From contig DASSBS010000048.1 in NCBI GenBank assembly GCA_035698445.1, positions 4,367-68,366 of the forward strand: a DNA stretch of 64,000 bases, written 5' to 3'. Positions 26,323 to 34,795 of the stretch are shown here, piece after piece. The notes beneath the pieces are model-generated. The model made no database searches. It was not told where the DNA came from and was given only the letters and a program-made list of their open reading frames with translations. The position numbers were made by a program, and so were the translations under genes. The DNA comes from Woeseiaceae bacterium (GTDB lineage Bacteria; Pseudomonadota; Gammaproteobacteria; Steroidobacterales; Woeseiaceae). The stretch's first letter is position 1. The number at the start of each line of letters is the position of its first letter.

Positions 26323-29300
26323 TTGCACGACACAACAATGAACGTCGCCAGTATGGGCGAGCTCGACATGGAAGTCCCGGATCGCGACGCCTTTCCGATC
26401 GTGGCAGTCGGCGCCTCGGCCGGAGGCTTGGCTGCGCTCGAGACGTTGTTCCGGGGACTGGCCGAAAACCTGGGCGCGGCCTACGTGGTGCTCCAGCACC
26501 TGTCGCCCGACTTCGAGAGCCACATGACGGAACTCCTTGGGCGGGTCACGCGGATGCCCGTCATGCAGGCGGCCGACTGTACGGAGCTCGAACCGGACAG
26601 GGTGTACGTGATCCCGCCGAAGAAGGAAATGATTCTCTCCGCGGGCAGGCTGCTCCTGACCGACAAAGACCCGCGCAATGCACCAAGCCTGCCGATCGAC
26701 ACGTTCCTGCGCTCGATGGCCAGGGAGGCGGGAGGCCACTGCGTTGCGGTGATCCTGTCCGGCACCGGAAGCGACGGGGCGCGTGGCGTGCGCGAGGTGA
26801 AGGCGGCGGGCGGCTACGTCCTCGTACAGGACCCGGAGGACGCGGAATTCGACGGAATGCCCCGCAGCGCGGTGGCGACCGGCGGCGCGGACGTCGTCCT
26901 CGGGGCCGCGGAGGTGCCGACGGAGCTCGCCCGCGTGCTGCCGCTGATGATGCGCCGCCAGGAACCGGAACACGTGCCGGCGCTGGTTGATGACGGCGTG
27001 CGCAAGGTTCTCGACGTGCTCGAACAGCAGCACGAGATCGATTTCTCCTGCTACAAGATGACCACGCTCGCCAGGCGCATTCGCCGGCGCATGGAGTTCT
27101 GCGGAGCTTCGGACATCGACCACTACGCGGCATTGCTTACCGCGGATCGCGAGGAATCCAAGCGGCTGTTCTATGACCTCCTGATCGGCGTCACGGAGTT
27201 CTTCAGAGATCCGGAAGCATATGAACAGCTCGACGCGGCCGTGCGGGAGACGCTGTTCTCGGTGGGCAGCTCGGAGATTCGCGTGTGGGTAGCCGGCTGC
27301 GCGTCGGGCGAGGAAGTATATTCCGTCGCCATGCTGCTCGATGAGGCGCGCCTCCAGCTCGGCTGGCCCGGCCGCATCCGGCTGTTCGCCACCGACATCC
27401 AGCAGGATGCGCTGAAACGCGCCTCCGCCGGCATCTACCCGGTAGAGGCGCTGAGGGACCTTTCCGCAGAGCGCCGGGAACGCTACTTCGTGCAGCACGG
27501 GTCGGACTTGCGCGTGTCCGAGTCGCTGCGGGAGATGGTGATTTTCGCGACGCACAATCTGGTAACGGATGCGCCTTTTACGCAACTCGACCTGATCTGC
27601 TGCCGCAACGTACTCATCTATTTCCAGCCGCCGACCCAAGCCAAGGTGCTCGCCCTGTTCCACTTCGGGCTGCGCACGGGCGGCCTGCTGTTCTTGGGTC
27701 CGAGCGAAACCCTGGGCAAGCTCGGCGAAGAATTCGACGTCGTCAGCGCCGAGGCGCGGATATTCACCAAGCGCCGCGACCTGCGACTACTCTCGCATCC
27801 GGGCCTTACTAAGCTCACCGTCGGTAGCCGCCGCCGCGAGCCGACCGCGCTGATCACGCACGGCGACCGCGGCGCCCTGGACAGCTACGAAGCGCTGCTC
27901 GCTCTTTACATGCCGCAGGCGTTCCTACTGGATGACCGCTTTCAGCTGCAGCATTGCTTTGGCGGCGCAGAGCGCTTTCTCCAGGTGAAAGGCGGCAGGA
28001 CCTCCACAGCCCTGCCGGGACTCCTGACCGGCCGGATAAAGACCGCTGTGGCGGGACTACTCGAGCGCTTCAAACAGGACCCGACGACCTCCCATACAGT
28101 GAACCTGCGCCGCGCCGAGACGGGCGACTCAGAGGATTATCGAATCACGGTGCTGCCGGTGTCCTTGCGCCGCTCTTCGCGCACCAACGTGCTCGTCGAG
28201 ATTCATGCGGTTGCAAGTCCCGCGGCCGGCGAGCAGTCGCTATCCGAGGTGGACTCCGGGGTCGTTGCGGCGGAGTACGTCGAGTCCCTCGAGCGCGATC
28301 TCGAGCTCGCGCGGGGGCAGCTGCAATCCACCGTCGAAGAGCTCGAGGCGGCGAACGAGGAGTTGCAGGCGGCCAACGAAGAGCTGATCGCGTCGAACGA
28401 GGAGCTGCAGTCCACAAACGAAGAATTGCGCTCCGTGAATGAAGAGCTGAACTCGGTTAACGTCGATCATCAGAAGAAAATCGGTGAGCTGACGGAGGTC
28501 ACGGAGGATCTCGAGAGTCTGCTGCACACGATTGACGTGGGCGTGCTGTTCCTCGATGAAGAAATGTGCATACGGCGCGCCAACAACCGCATCGCTGAGC
28601 TGCTGCACATCCTGCCACAGGATGCCGGAAGGAGCTTCGAACACTTCAAGGCCAACCTTCACTCTTCCGAGGCGTTCGAGGCGGTCCGGTCCGTGCTGGC
28701 GGGCGGCGAGCGGATCCAGCAACACGAGCTTCGCAGTCCGGATGGCCGGGTGCTGCTGTTGAACGTACTGCCGCACGCGTCTACCGAAGCAAAGGTCAAA
28801 GGCGTCGTGCTCACGTTCGTCGATATCACCTCGCACCGGGCGGCGGAGACGGAAGCGCGGCGTTTGTCGGCCATCGTGCGCAGCGCGCGCGATGCCATCA
28901 CCAGCAGCTCGCTCGACGGAACTGTTATGTCGTGGAACACCGGGGCGGCGAGGCTGTACGGGTACACCGAAGCTGAGGCCCTGGGGCAGCCTATGCGCAT
29001 GCTCGTGCCCGAGGATCGCGTGTCCGAAATCGATGACGTCCTTACGGAGGTGAAAAGGGGAAACGACATTCCGCCGTTCGAGACCATCAGGATCGCGAAG
29101 GACGGCTCGCTGGTGCACGTGCTGCTCAGCGTGGCTCCGATCCGCTCCGAATCCGGAGCCGTGACGGGCGCGTCGATGATCGGGTTCGACATCACGGACA
29201 GGAAGCGTGCGGAGGAGCGCGCCACGAGAGCGACGGAGCAGCGAGACAGTTTTCTCGCCCTGCTCTCCCACGAGCTCCGCAATCCGTTGATGGCGCTCGC

Positions 29301-30333
29301 AAACGCGAACGAGATCATGCTTCGTAACCAGCACTCGGCCGATGAGACCCGGCGTGCCCAGCAGATCATCTCCCGGCAGATCAATCACATGTCGCGGCTG
29401 CTCGAGGATACGCTGGACGCTTCCCGCATGCGCCACGACAAGATCGAGCTGCAGCGAAAGGTGCTCGACCTGCGAACTGTAGTCGAGGCGGCGCTCGATG
29501 CCACGAAGCCACGCGCGGATCGGGAATCCATCGCGCTCGAGGTCGACATGCCGGCGGACCCGGTTCAGGTGAAGGCCGACGGCACGCGACTGCAGCAGGT
29601 TGTCGTGAATCTGATCCAGAACGCTATCAACCACTCCACGTCTGACCAGACCGTGCAGGTCTCGGTTGGGTTGACGGGGCGAGCGAGAGCCTTGATTCGC
29701 GTCCGCGATCAGGGTTCCGGCATCACCGAGGAAGCCCTGCCACAGGTGTTCGAGCCATTCTTCCAGGCGTCGCGCCGCAGCGAGACCGGCATGGGCATTG
29801 GCTTGTCGCTGGCTCGCTCGATCGTGCAGGCGCACCGTGGCGAGATCCGCGCCACGAGCGACGGACCGGGAAAGGGAGCGCTGTTCGAGGTCCGGCTGCC
29901 GTTGGCCGTCAACGGAACGGATGCGGCGGCGGAGAAGCAAGTCGCCGGCGGCGCCGGCGCGGCGGAAAAGTCGACGATTCTGCTCATCGACGACGACGAG
30001 GAATCGCGTGAAAGCATGGGCGTCCTGCTCAGAGGCTCAGGATACGAAGTCCATGAGGCGCGCGACGGGAGCGAGGGGCTCAAGCTGATCGACAAAATCG
30101 TTCCGAGCGTGGTCGTCCTCGACGTCGGACTCCCGGACATCAGCGGCCTGGAAGTCGCGCGGACCGTGAGACGCAAATTCGGATGGAAACAGGTCAGGTT
30201 GGTCGCGCTGACGGGCTTCGGCCGCCAGACCGATCGCGAAGCCGCGATCGAAGCCGGTTGCGACATGCACCTCGTGAAGCCGATCGATTTCCAGACTCTG
30301 GAAAAGGTCATCGCGTACCAGGCTTCCCGTTAA
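26323..30333 (+). CDS. Hybrid sensor kinase: CheB methylesterase - CheR methyltransferase - PAS - NEEL coiled coil - 2xPAS - HisKA - HATPase_c - receiver
   Basis: ORF 26323..30333 (TTG start; ATG 26338 is an alternative). VAVGASAGGLAAL and VILSGTGSDGARG (CheB); VWVAGCASGEEVYSVAMLL and CRNVLIYF (CheR); ELEAANEELQAANEELIASNEELQSTNEELRSVNEEL; H-box LLSHELRNPL; N-box LIQNAINHS; DQGSGI; GMGIGLSL; REC ILLIDDDEES...VVVLDVGLPDISG...LVKP. Confidence 0.9.
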   Translation: MHDTTMNVASMGELDMEVPDRDAFPIVAVGASAGGLAALETLFRGLAENLGAAYVVLQHLSPDFESHMTELLGRVTRMPVMQAADCTELEPDRVYVIPPKKEMILSAGRLLLTDKDPRNAPSLPIDTFLRSMAREAGGHCVAVILSGTGSDGARGVREVKAAGGYVLVQDPEDAEFDGMPRSAVATGGADVVLGAAEVPTELARVLPLMMRRQEPEHVPALVDDGVRKVLDVLEQQHEIDFSCYKMTTLARRIRRRMEFCGASDIDHYAALLTADREESKRLFYDLLIGVTEFFRDPEAYEQLDAAVRETLFSVGSSEIRVWVAGCASGEEVYSVAMLLDEARLQLGWPGRIRLFATDIQQDALKRASAGIYPVEALRDLSAERRERYFVQHGSDLRVSESLREMVIFATHNLVTDAPFTQLDLICCRNVLIYFQPPTQAKVLALFHFGLRTGGLLFLGPSETLGKLGEEFDVVSAEARIFTKRRDLRLLSHPGLTKLTVGSRRREPTALITHGDRGALDSYEALLALYMPQAFLLDDRFQLQHCFGGAERFLQVKGGRTSTALPGLLTGRIKTAVAGLLERFKQDPTTSHTVNLRRAETGDSEDYRITVLPVSLRRSSRTNVLVEIHAVASPAAGEQSLSEVDSGVVAAEYVESLERDLELARGQLQSTVEELEAANEELQAANEELIASNEELQSTNEELRSVNEELNSVNVDHQKKIGELTEVTEDLESLLHTIDVGVLFLDEEMCIRRANNRIAELLHILPQDAGRSFEHFKANLHSSEAFEAVRSVLAGGERIQQHELRSPDGRVLLLNVLPHASTEAKVKGVVLTFVDITSHRAAETEARRLSAIVRSARDAITSSSLDGTVMSWNTGAARLYGYTEAEALGQPMRMLVPEDRVSEIDDVLTEVKRGNDIPPFETIRIAKDGSLVHVLLSVAPIRSESGAVTGASMIGFDITDRKRAEERATRATEQRDSFLALLSHELRNPLMALANANEIMLRNQHSADETRRAQQIISRQINHMSRLLEDTLDASRMRHDKIELQRKVLDLRTVVEAALDATKPRADRESIALEVDMPADPVQVKADGTRLQQVVVNLIQNAINHSTSDQTVQVSVGLTGRARALIRVRDQGSGITEEALPQVFEPFFQASRRSETGMGIGLSLARSIVQAHRGEIRATSDGPGKGALFEVRLPLAVNGTDAAAEKQVAGGAGAAEKSTILLIDDDEESRESMGVLLRGSGYEVHEARDGSEGLKLIDKIVPSVVVLDVGLPDISGLEVARTVRRKFGWKQVRLVALTGFGRQTDREAAIEAGCDMHLVKPIDFQTLEKVIAYQASR

Positions 30334-30578
30334 CCTCGGCGTGCACGGCCCCGCTCGCAGCCGCTGCCCGCCCCGCGCATGAAGCCCAACCATTGTTGTC
30401 GCTCGGCTGCATGGCTGGCGGTATAGCGTGGATCCATATCGATGAGATGTTTATACACTGGGAAGTTCGGTCCCAAGCGCCGCATACGAGTGAAGTTCCA
30501 GCAGGTTCGACCGAGCCCTCCGGAAAGCAGATTTCAAAGTTCGGCAGTCTGTTTGGCGCACGCAGACGCCTGATTCCG

Positions 30579-30797
30579 CTACAGCTCGTCTTGCGACCGT
30601 TCTCCAAGAGCCGAACGAAACATGCGCTCCGCCACTGCCGACATTTCCTGCGCATGCTGCAGAGCGATCTCGGCGTCTCGCTTAGCATGGGATTCGCTCA
30701 TGCTATTGATCGCCTGCTCCGCAGCCAGAATGGATTTGTTGATTTTGCTGAGACAGTCGAGCCCGGCGCGAATGTCGTGCACATCGTCGCTGTTCAT
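30579..30797 (-). CDS. Small helical protein of unrecognised family (paralog of 21507..21779)
   Basis: ORF 30579..30797 with a strong GGGAGGGAAGG RBS 7-9 nt upstream. MNSDDVHDIRAGLDCLSKINKSILAAEQAINSMSESHAKRDAEIALQHAQEMSAVAERMF. Convergent with the end of the 1336-aa hybrid kinase. Confidence 0.65.
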   Translation of the reverse strand: MNSDDVHDIRAGLDCLSKINKSILAAEQAINSMSESHAKRDAEIALQHAQEMSAVAERMFRSALGERSQDEL

Positions 30798-31136
30798 GAG
30801 CGGCCTTCCCTCCCTGCTGGGCCTTTTGATCGTAGTATAGCGCTCTTGGACTAGTGCGCGGTGAAGGGACTCGCACTTTAGCAGCGGTCCAAAATGTCAC
30901 ATGTTCTTCCGTCGCTTCTGCCACACGTGCGTATGTCTGTTTGACGAAACCCTAACAACCCTCGGTCGAACTGCCTGCACGCTGTGTGAAAATGGACTAC
31001 AATCCGAGCGCAAGATTCCTTGCGGCCGACCCGGTCCGAGGCGCGCAGTGTATCGGAGATGGTTTTTCTTCTGCTCCGTGTTCCACTCGCACCTTGTAAT
31101 GTTTTCTGATTCTTTCTTTAATGGGAGGAATTGCCC

Positions 31137-31412
31137 ATGTCCTACTATGTACCCGCTCAGAGCGGGCACTCGCCCGGCGATCTGCGTGATGCGTTCACAG
31201 CGGCCCTCAAGAATCATACATTGCCTGCTCCCGATTCGAGAGTCCTCATCGGCGACTACGAAATCCTGCTATTGGAGCTGTGTGGGCTAATGTGGCACTG
31301 CACGGAACATCTGCCAGGGCACGCGTGCGACGAACTGGATTTACCTCGCGGCAGCACCTACGCACGGGCGGCACGGATGCTGAAACGCGGCTGGTTCTTG
31401 GGTCCACACTAA
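31137..31412 (+). CDS. Hypothetical protein (Cys/His-containing, 91 aa)
   Basis: ORF 31131..31412 (TTG) trimmed to ATG 31137, with GGGAGGA 7 nt upstream. Contains CGLMWHCTEHLPGHAC. No family recognised. Lies in a lower-G+C stretch. Confidence 0.5.
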   Translation: MSYYVPAQSGHSPGDLRDAFTAALKNHTLPAPDSRVLIGDYEILLLELCGLMWHCTEHLPGHACDELDLPRGSTYARAARMLKRGWFLGPH

Positions 31413-31938
31413 TCAGACGTATCGAATGTCTCCCGGATTGATTTGGGAATCGTATCTGCGCCTCCTGAATCGCTTCGCCCGTCTTGTTGAGAGCAAGCGG
31501 TGCGAAGTCTACGTCGGCTGTGGATCGCGCTGACGGTCATTACGATTATGTAGGCATCGTCTCCTGAACCGAGTAGTGGATGCTCTGGAACACGATCCTG
31601 CGTCGGCTCGAGTCCGATTCTCGTATCCGCGACGGCTGACGAGGCCGTTCCCAATCGGAAGCGACTCGACCGCGCGATACTTCCTTGTTGGCTCTCGCCG
31701 GGTATACGCCCTCGCGAAAATCGAGAACCACTCCTACAGCTATTTCGACTACGAGATACGCTTAGCCAGCAACCGAGCACGAAGTTTGCCTCATCTCGTC
31801 GCACGCGCGGAACGGCTTCTTCAGCCTGCGGCAGCACGACCGCCGGCACGAACATTGCAGCATCGTTGCTCCGTTTGGCCCTCACTTTATGCAGGGGGCG
31901 CCACGGTCAGCCATCACACTTTGAGGAGGACACAATCG

Positions 31939-32319
31939 ATGAAAAGACACTTGACTTTCGCGATAGGCACATTGCTGGCAGGCACCTTGGCCTTTGCCGA
32001 CGTAACGTTCGAATCGTTCGAAACCGCCGATACAAACAACGACGGGGAGATCTCCAAGGACGAGTTCTATGGCCTCGTCAGTGATGCCGGGATCTACGCG
32101 GATTGGGATTGGGATTCAGACGGATTCATTGATGAAGACGAGTTCGAAGAGATCGGTCTGGGCGACGACTTCGACGACTGGGACCTGGACGACGATTCCT
32201 ACCTGGATTCCGACGAGTTTTACGACGGCTATTTCACGTACTTCGATGAAGACGAAGACGGCCACTGGGATAATCTCGACTGGGACGATGCCGGCGAGGC
32301 GGGCCTGTTCGACGTCTAA
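31939..32319 (+). CDS. Secreted acidic EF-hand calcium-binding protein
   Basis: ORF 31576..32319 trimmed to ATG 31939 (GAGGAGGA RBS). Signal peptide MKRHLTFAIGTLLAGTLAFA. EF-hand loops DTNNDGEISKDE, DWDSDGFIDEDE and DLDDDSYLDSDE. Paralog of 34181..34558. Confidence 0.8.
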   Translation: MKRHLTFAIGTLLAGTLAFADVTFESFETADTNNDGEISKDEFYGLVSDAGIYADWDWDSDGFIDEDEFEEIGLGDDFDDWDLDDDSYLDSDEFYDGYFTYFDEDEDGHWDNLDWDDAGEAGLFDV

Positions 32320-32339
32320 GCGATCTGCTTCGCATATAA

Positions 32340-32388
32340 CCGGGGATTCGTCGCTTGCGCATATTGTTCGCAAGCGGCGAATCCCCGG
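32340..32388. terminator. 20-bp stem hairpin between convergent genes (possible bidirectional terminator; no T-tract)
   Basis: CCGGGGATTCGTCGCTTGCG - catattgtt - CGCAAGCGGCGAATCCCCGG, with one G-T mismatch. Read directly between the EF-hand gene stop (32319) and the OMP pseudogene stop (32393). Confidence 0.5.
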
Positions 32389-32392
32389 ACCT

Positions 32393-32960
32393 TCAGGGAT
32401 GCCAGCCGACGGCGATGCCGATCTGCTGCATGTTGTCCTCGAGTACCGACGCTTGCAGTGAAATGCTCCCGAGCTCGCTGAGCTGCCACCGCGCACCCGC
32501 GCCCAGCAGCCATCCGTCTTTGGTGAACTCGTCGTCCGGGAAAACGGTATTCGTGTCGATCTCCGCCCGATACAGTCCCGCCTTCGTGAACAGGCGCAGC
32601 CGTCCGCGGTCAATTCCGGGCACGAGCGATGCGCTGTACACGTTGACTTCGTTACCGTGGATAGTGCGGAGCAACGGGATGCAGATCTGGCCTTTCCGGC
32701 AGGGAGAGCCCAGGCCGCTGAAGTCCCCGTACCTCGTCGCGCCGACCTAGCGCCAGCAGGTCCGTGAACCGGTACCCGAAGTGATGCCGTACATGGCCGC
32801 TTCGTCGTTCACCTCACCGTTGTACGGCGCACCCAGCGAAAAGTCGCTGCTCGCCGCGCCGACTTCAGCCGTCACGTAGGGATCGGCGGCAGCGCTGCCC
32901 ACCATCGTGCAAACCAGGATCGCAGCTGCAAGGGCCCGCTTCCTGAGGGCTGGCCCCCTG
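32393..32960 (-). pseudogene. Outer-membrane beta-barrel (OmpW/porin-like) gene with in-frame amber stop, a frame excursion and no usable start codon
   Basis: My minus-strand translation: ...RKRALAAAILVCTMVGSAAADPYVTAEVGAASSDFSLGAPYNGEVNDEAAMYGITSGTGSRTCWR*VGATRYGDFSGLG...LLRTIHGNEVNVYSASLVPG...GAGARWQLSELGSISLQASV...IGIAVGWHP. The TAG is at 32749..32747. The alternative frame reads GYRFTDLLAL across the stop, which suggests two compensating indels. No ATG/GTG/TTG precedes the signal peptide in frame. Confidence 0.5.
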
Positions 32961-33037
32961 CCTCCTCGAGAGGAAACAAGGGCAGCACGATTTTTGCGAG
33001 CTCGCCCAGTAATCCAGTGCTCATGGGCAAACTTCCA

Positions 33038-33883
33038 CTATAGCGGCTCGAATGGCTCGAGACCGAAGACATGGTCGTGGCCAATCGGCCAGTCGTAGAT
33101 GCCCGCGACCGGATCGTAGTAGTAGCCGGCGTACGGCCAGGCGTAGTAAGCATCGTAGTCTTCATACATCACGTCGGGTTCCACGACCACGGCCATGATG
33201 TCGCCCGACTTGTCGACGACCACGTCTTCGATGCGGCCGTAGGGTTCGCCGCCGGCGTAGGCGAAGCTGCCGATCAGCTCGGTGACGCGCCACCGGGAAC
33301 CGAGATCCTTACCCTCGATTTCCTGGTAAAGACTCAGCTCCTCGACCTGCTCTCCGTCGAGGTTGGGTACCTGGACCTTTTCGCTGCTCATGATCTGGGC
33401 CTTGTCGAAGGGATACAGCAGATGGCTGTCGCCGATCTCCAGGAAACCGCCCGTCTCGACAACCATGCCGATGAGCCGGTTGTCATCGGGTCCGACGATC
33501 AGGTCCTCCACTTCGCCCATGATGTCGCCTTCCGCATCGACGACGTCCGCGTCCAGCAGGTCCTCGGCGCTCATGCCCCGCGAGTAGATCTCGTCATACT
33601 GCTCCTCGGTGAGGATGTTCTCACCCGCCTTGGAACCCCGTGCATTGCGGTCGTCATTCCTCGACTTGCGGTTGTCCGCCCGTGCGCTGCGGCTGTCAGA
33701 CCGCATATCACGGTCGTCCGACGCTCGGTCGTCCGACGACTGGCTGGTCGCCGCCGAGCCACTCATTCGGCTGTGGCTCTCGTCGGCGTCGTTCGCACAT
33801 TCGCAGGGTTCCTGCGCTTGCGCGACTCCGACCGCCAATGCGGATGCGATGGCCGTGCTTAATACTCTGTTTCTGATGTTCAT
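33038..33883 (-). CDS. Secreted PRC-barrel domain protein (two PRC-barrel-like modules) with Ser/Asp/Arg-rich linker
   Basis: ORF 33038..33925 trimmed to ATG 33883 (AGGAGGAG RBS). Signal peptide MNIRNRVLSTAIASALAVGVAQA. PRC-barrel pattern LLDADVVDAEGDIMGEVEDLIVGPDDNRLIGMVVETGGFLEIGDSHLLYPFDKAQI. Paralog of 36350..37027. Confidence 0.8.
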   Translation of the reverse strand: MNIRNRVLSTAIASALAVGVAQAQEPCECANDADESHSRMSGSAATSQSSDDRASDDRDMRSDSRSARADNRKSRNDDRNARGSKAGENILTEEQYDEIYSRGMSAEDLLDADVVDAEGDIMGEVEDLIVGPDDNRLIGMVVETGGFLEIGDSHLLYPFDKAQIMSSEKVQVPNLDGEQVEELSLYQEIEGKDLGSRWRVTELIGSFAYAGGEPYGRIEDVVVDKSGDIMAVVVEPDVMYEDYDAYYAWPYAGYYYDPVAGIYDWPIGHDHVFGLEPFEPL

Positions 33884-34180
33884 GGTTCTCCTCCTGCAAG
33901 GTGATTGGTCAGATTGCCTATCCAAGTGCGGACATCATCGCCCGGCATCTGCGTGGCGACGCTTCGGCAGGGGACGTTATCGTGCACAGGGTGCAACGCG
34001 TTCGATGGCCGATATTGCGGCCAGCGAACAAAATCGGGATCTGAATGCCGTCAGAATGCGATTCACGCAACATCCCAGTCGTCTCACCATCCGCCGTTCA
34101 GTTGGGCTACTGCGAGTACGCTCATGAGTGCACGCTCAGCCCGGTGTACGCCCGCCCGGGAAGTAGGCAGGTGTCGCCGT

Positions 34181-34558
34181 TCAGACGTCGAACAGACCGG
34201 CTTCGCCCGCGTCGTCCCATTCCAATCCGTCCCAATGGCCGTCCTCGTCTTCGTCGAAGGCGGCGAAGTAGCCATCGTAGAATTCGTCGTCATCCAGGTA
34301 ATCATCGTCGTCAACGTCCCAGGCATCGAAATCGTACTCGAGGCCAATAGCGTCGTACTCGTCTTCGTCGATGAACCCGTCGTCGTCGTAGTCGTAGTCG
34401 GCATAGATACCGGCGTCGGTGATGAAGCCGTAGAACTCGTCTTTCGTGATCTCGCCGCTGTCATCGATATCGGCGGTGTCGAATGATTCGAAAGTGACAT
34501 CGCCGAACGCCAGGCTCGTGGCAAGCATGATTCCTGTTGCAAGTGCGGCTCGTTTCAT
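34181..34558 (-). CDS. Secreted acidic EF-hand calcium-binding protein (paralog of 31939..32319)
   Basis: ORF 34181..34573 trimmed to ATG 34558 (GAGGAGGA RBS). Signal peptide MKRAALATGIMLATSLAFG. Loops DIDDSGEITKDE, DYDDDGFIDEDE and DVDDDDYLDDDE. Same C-terminal WDDAGEAGLFDV as the paralog. Confidence 0.8.
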   Translation of the reverse strand: MKRAALATGIMLATSLAFGDVTFESFDTADIDDSGEITKDEFYGFITDAGIYADYDYDDDGFIDEDEYDAIGLEYDFDAWDVDDDDYLDDDEFYDGYFAAFDEDEDGHWDGLEWDDAGEAGLFDV

Positions 34559-34795
34559 GATGCTCCTCCTCATTACTTTGCTGTGATGCCAATTTTCGGA
34601 ATCCGGAAAGAATGCAAATCGGATGCCAGTGATTGAGCATTCCGCGATCCGAAGCGCCTGCGGTAGAGAACCGTTTCGCGCAGATTACAATCGGCTGCAA
34701 TCCTCACGGCTGTAAATCTTGCGCGCTGCGGCAAATCTTGCAGAGGCATGATTCTTGAATCATGCAGCCGGTAGTATGGAACGGAGAGGCGGAGG

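Noticed and set aside
28300-28450. Apparent tandem periodicity (NEEL/ANEEL repeats) in the DNA
   Set aside because: It is the heptad coiled coil characteristic of CheB-CheR-PAS kinases, encoded by diverged codons. It is not a DNA-level tandem repeat or a CRISPR-like array.
26281-29940. Long minus-strand ORFs (26281..27663 and 28240..29940) within the hybrid kinase gene
   Set aside because: These are antisense artefacts. The plus strand has an uninterrupted 1336-aa multi-domain protein with all expected motifs.
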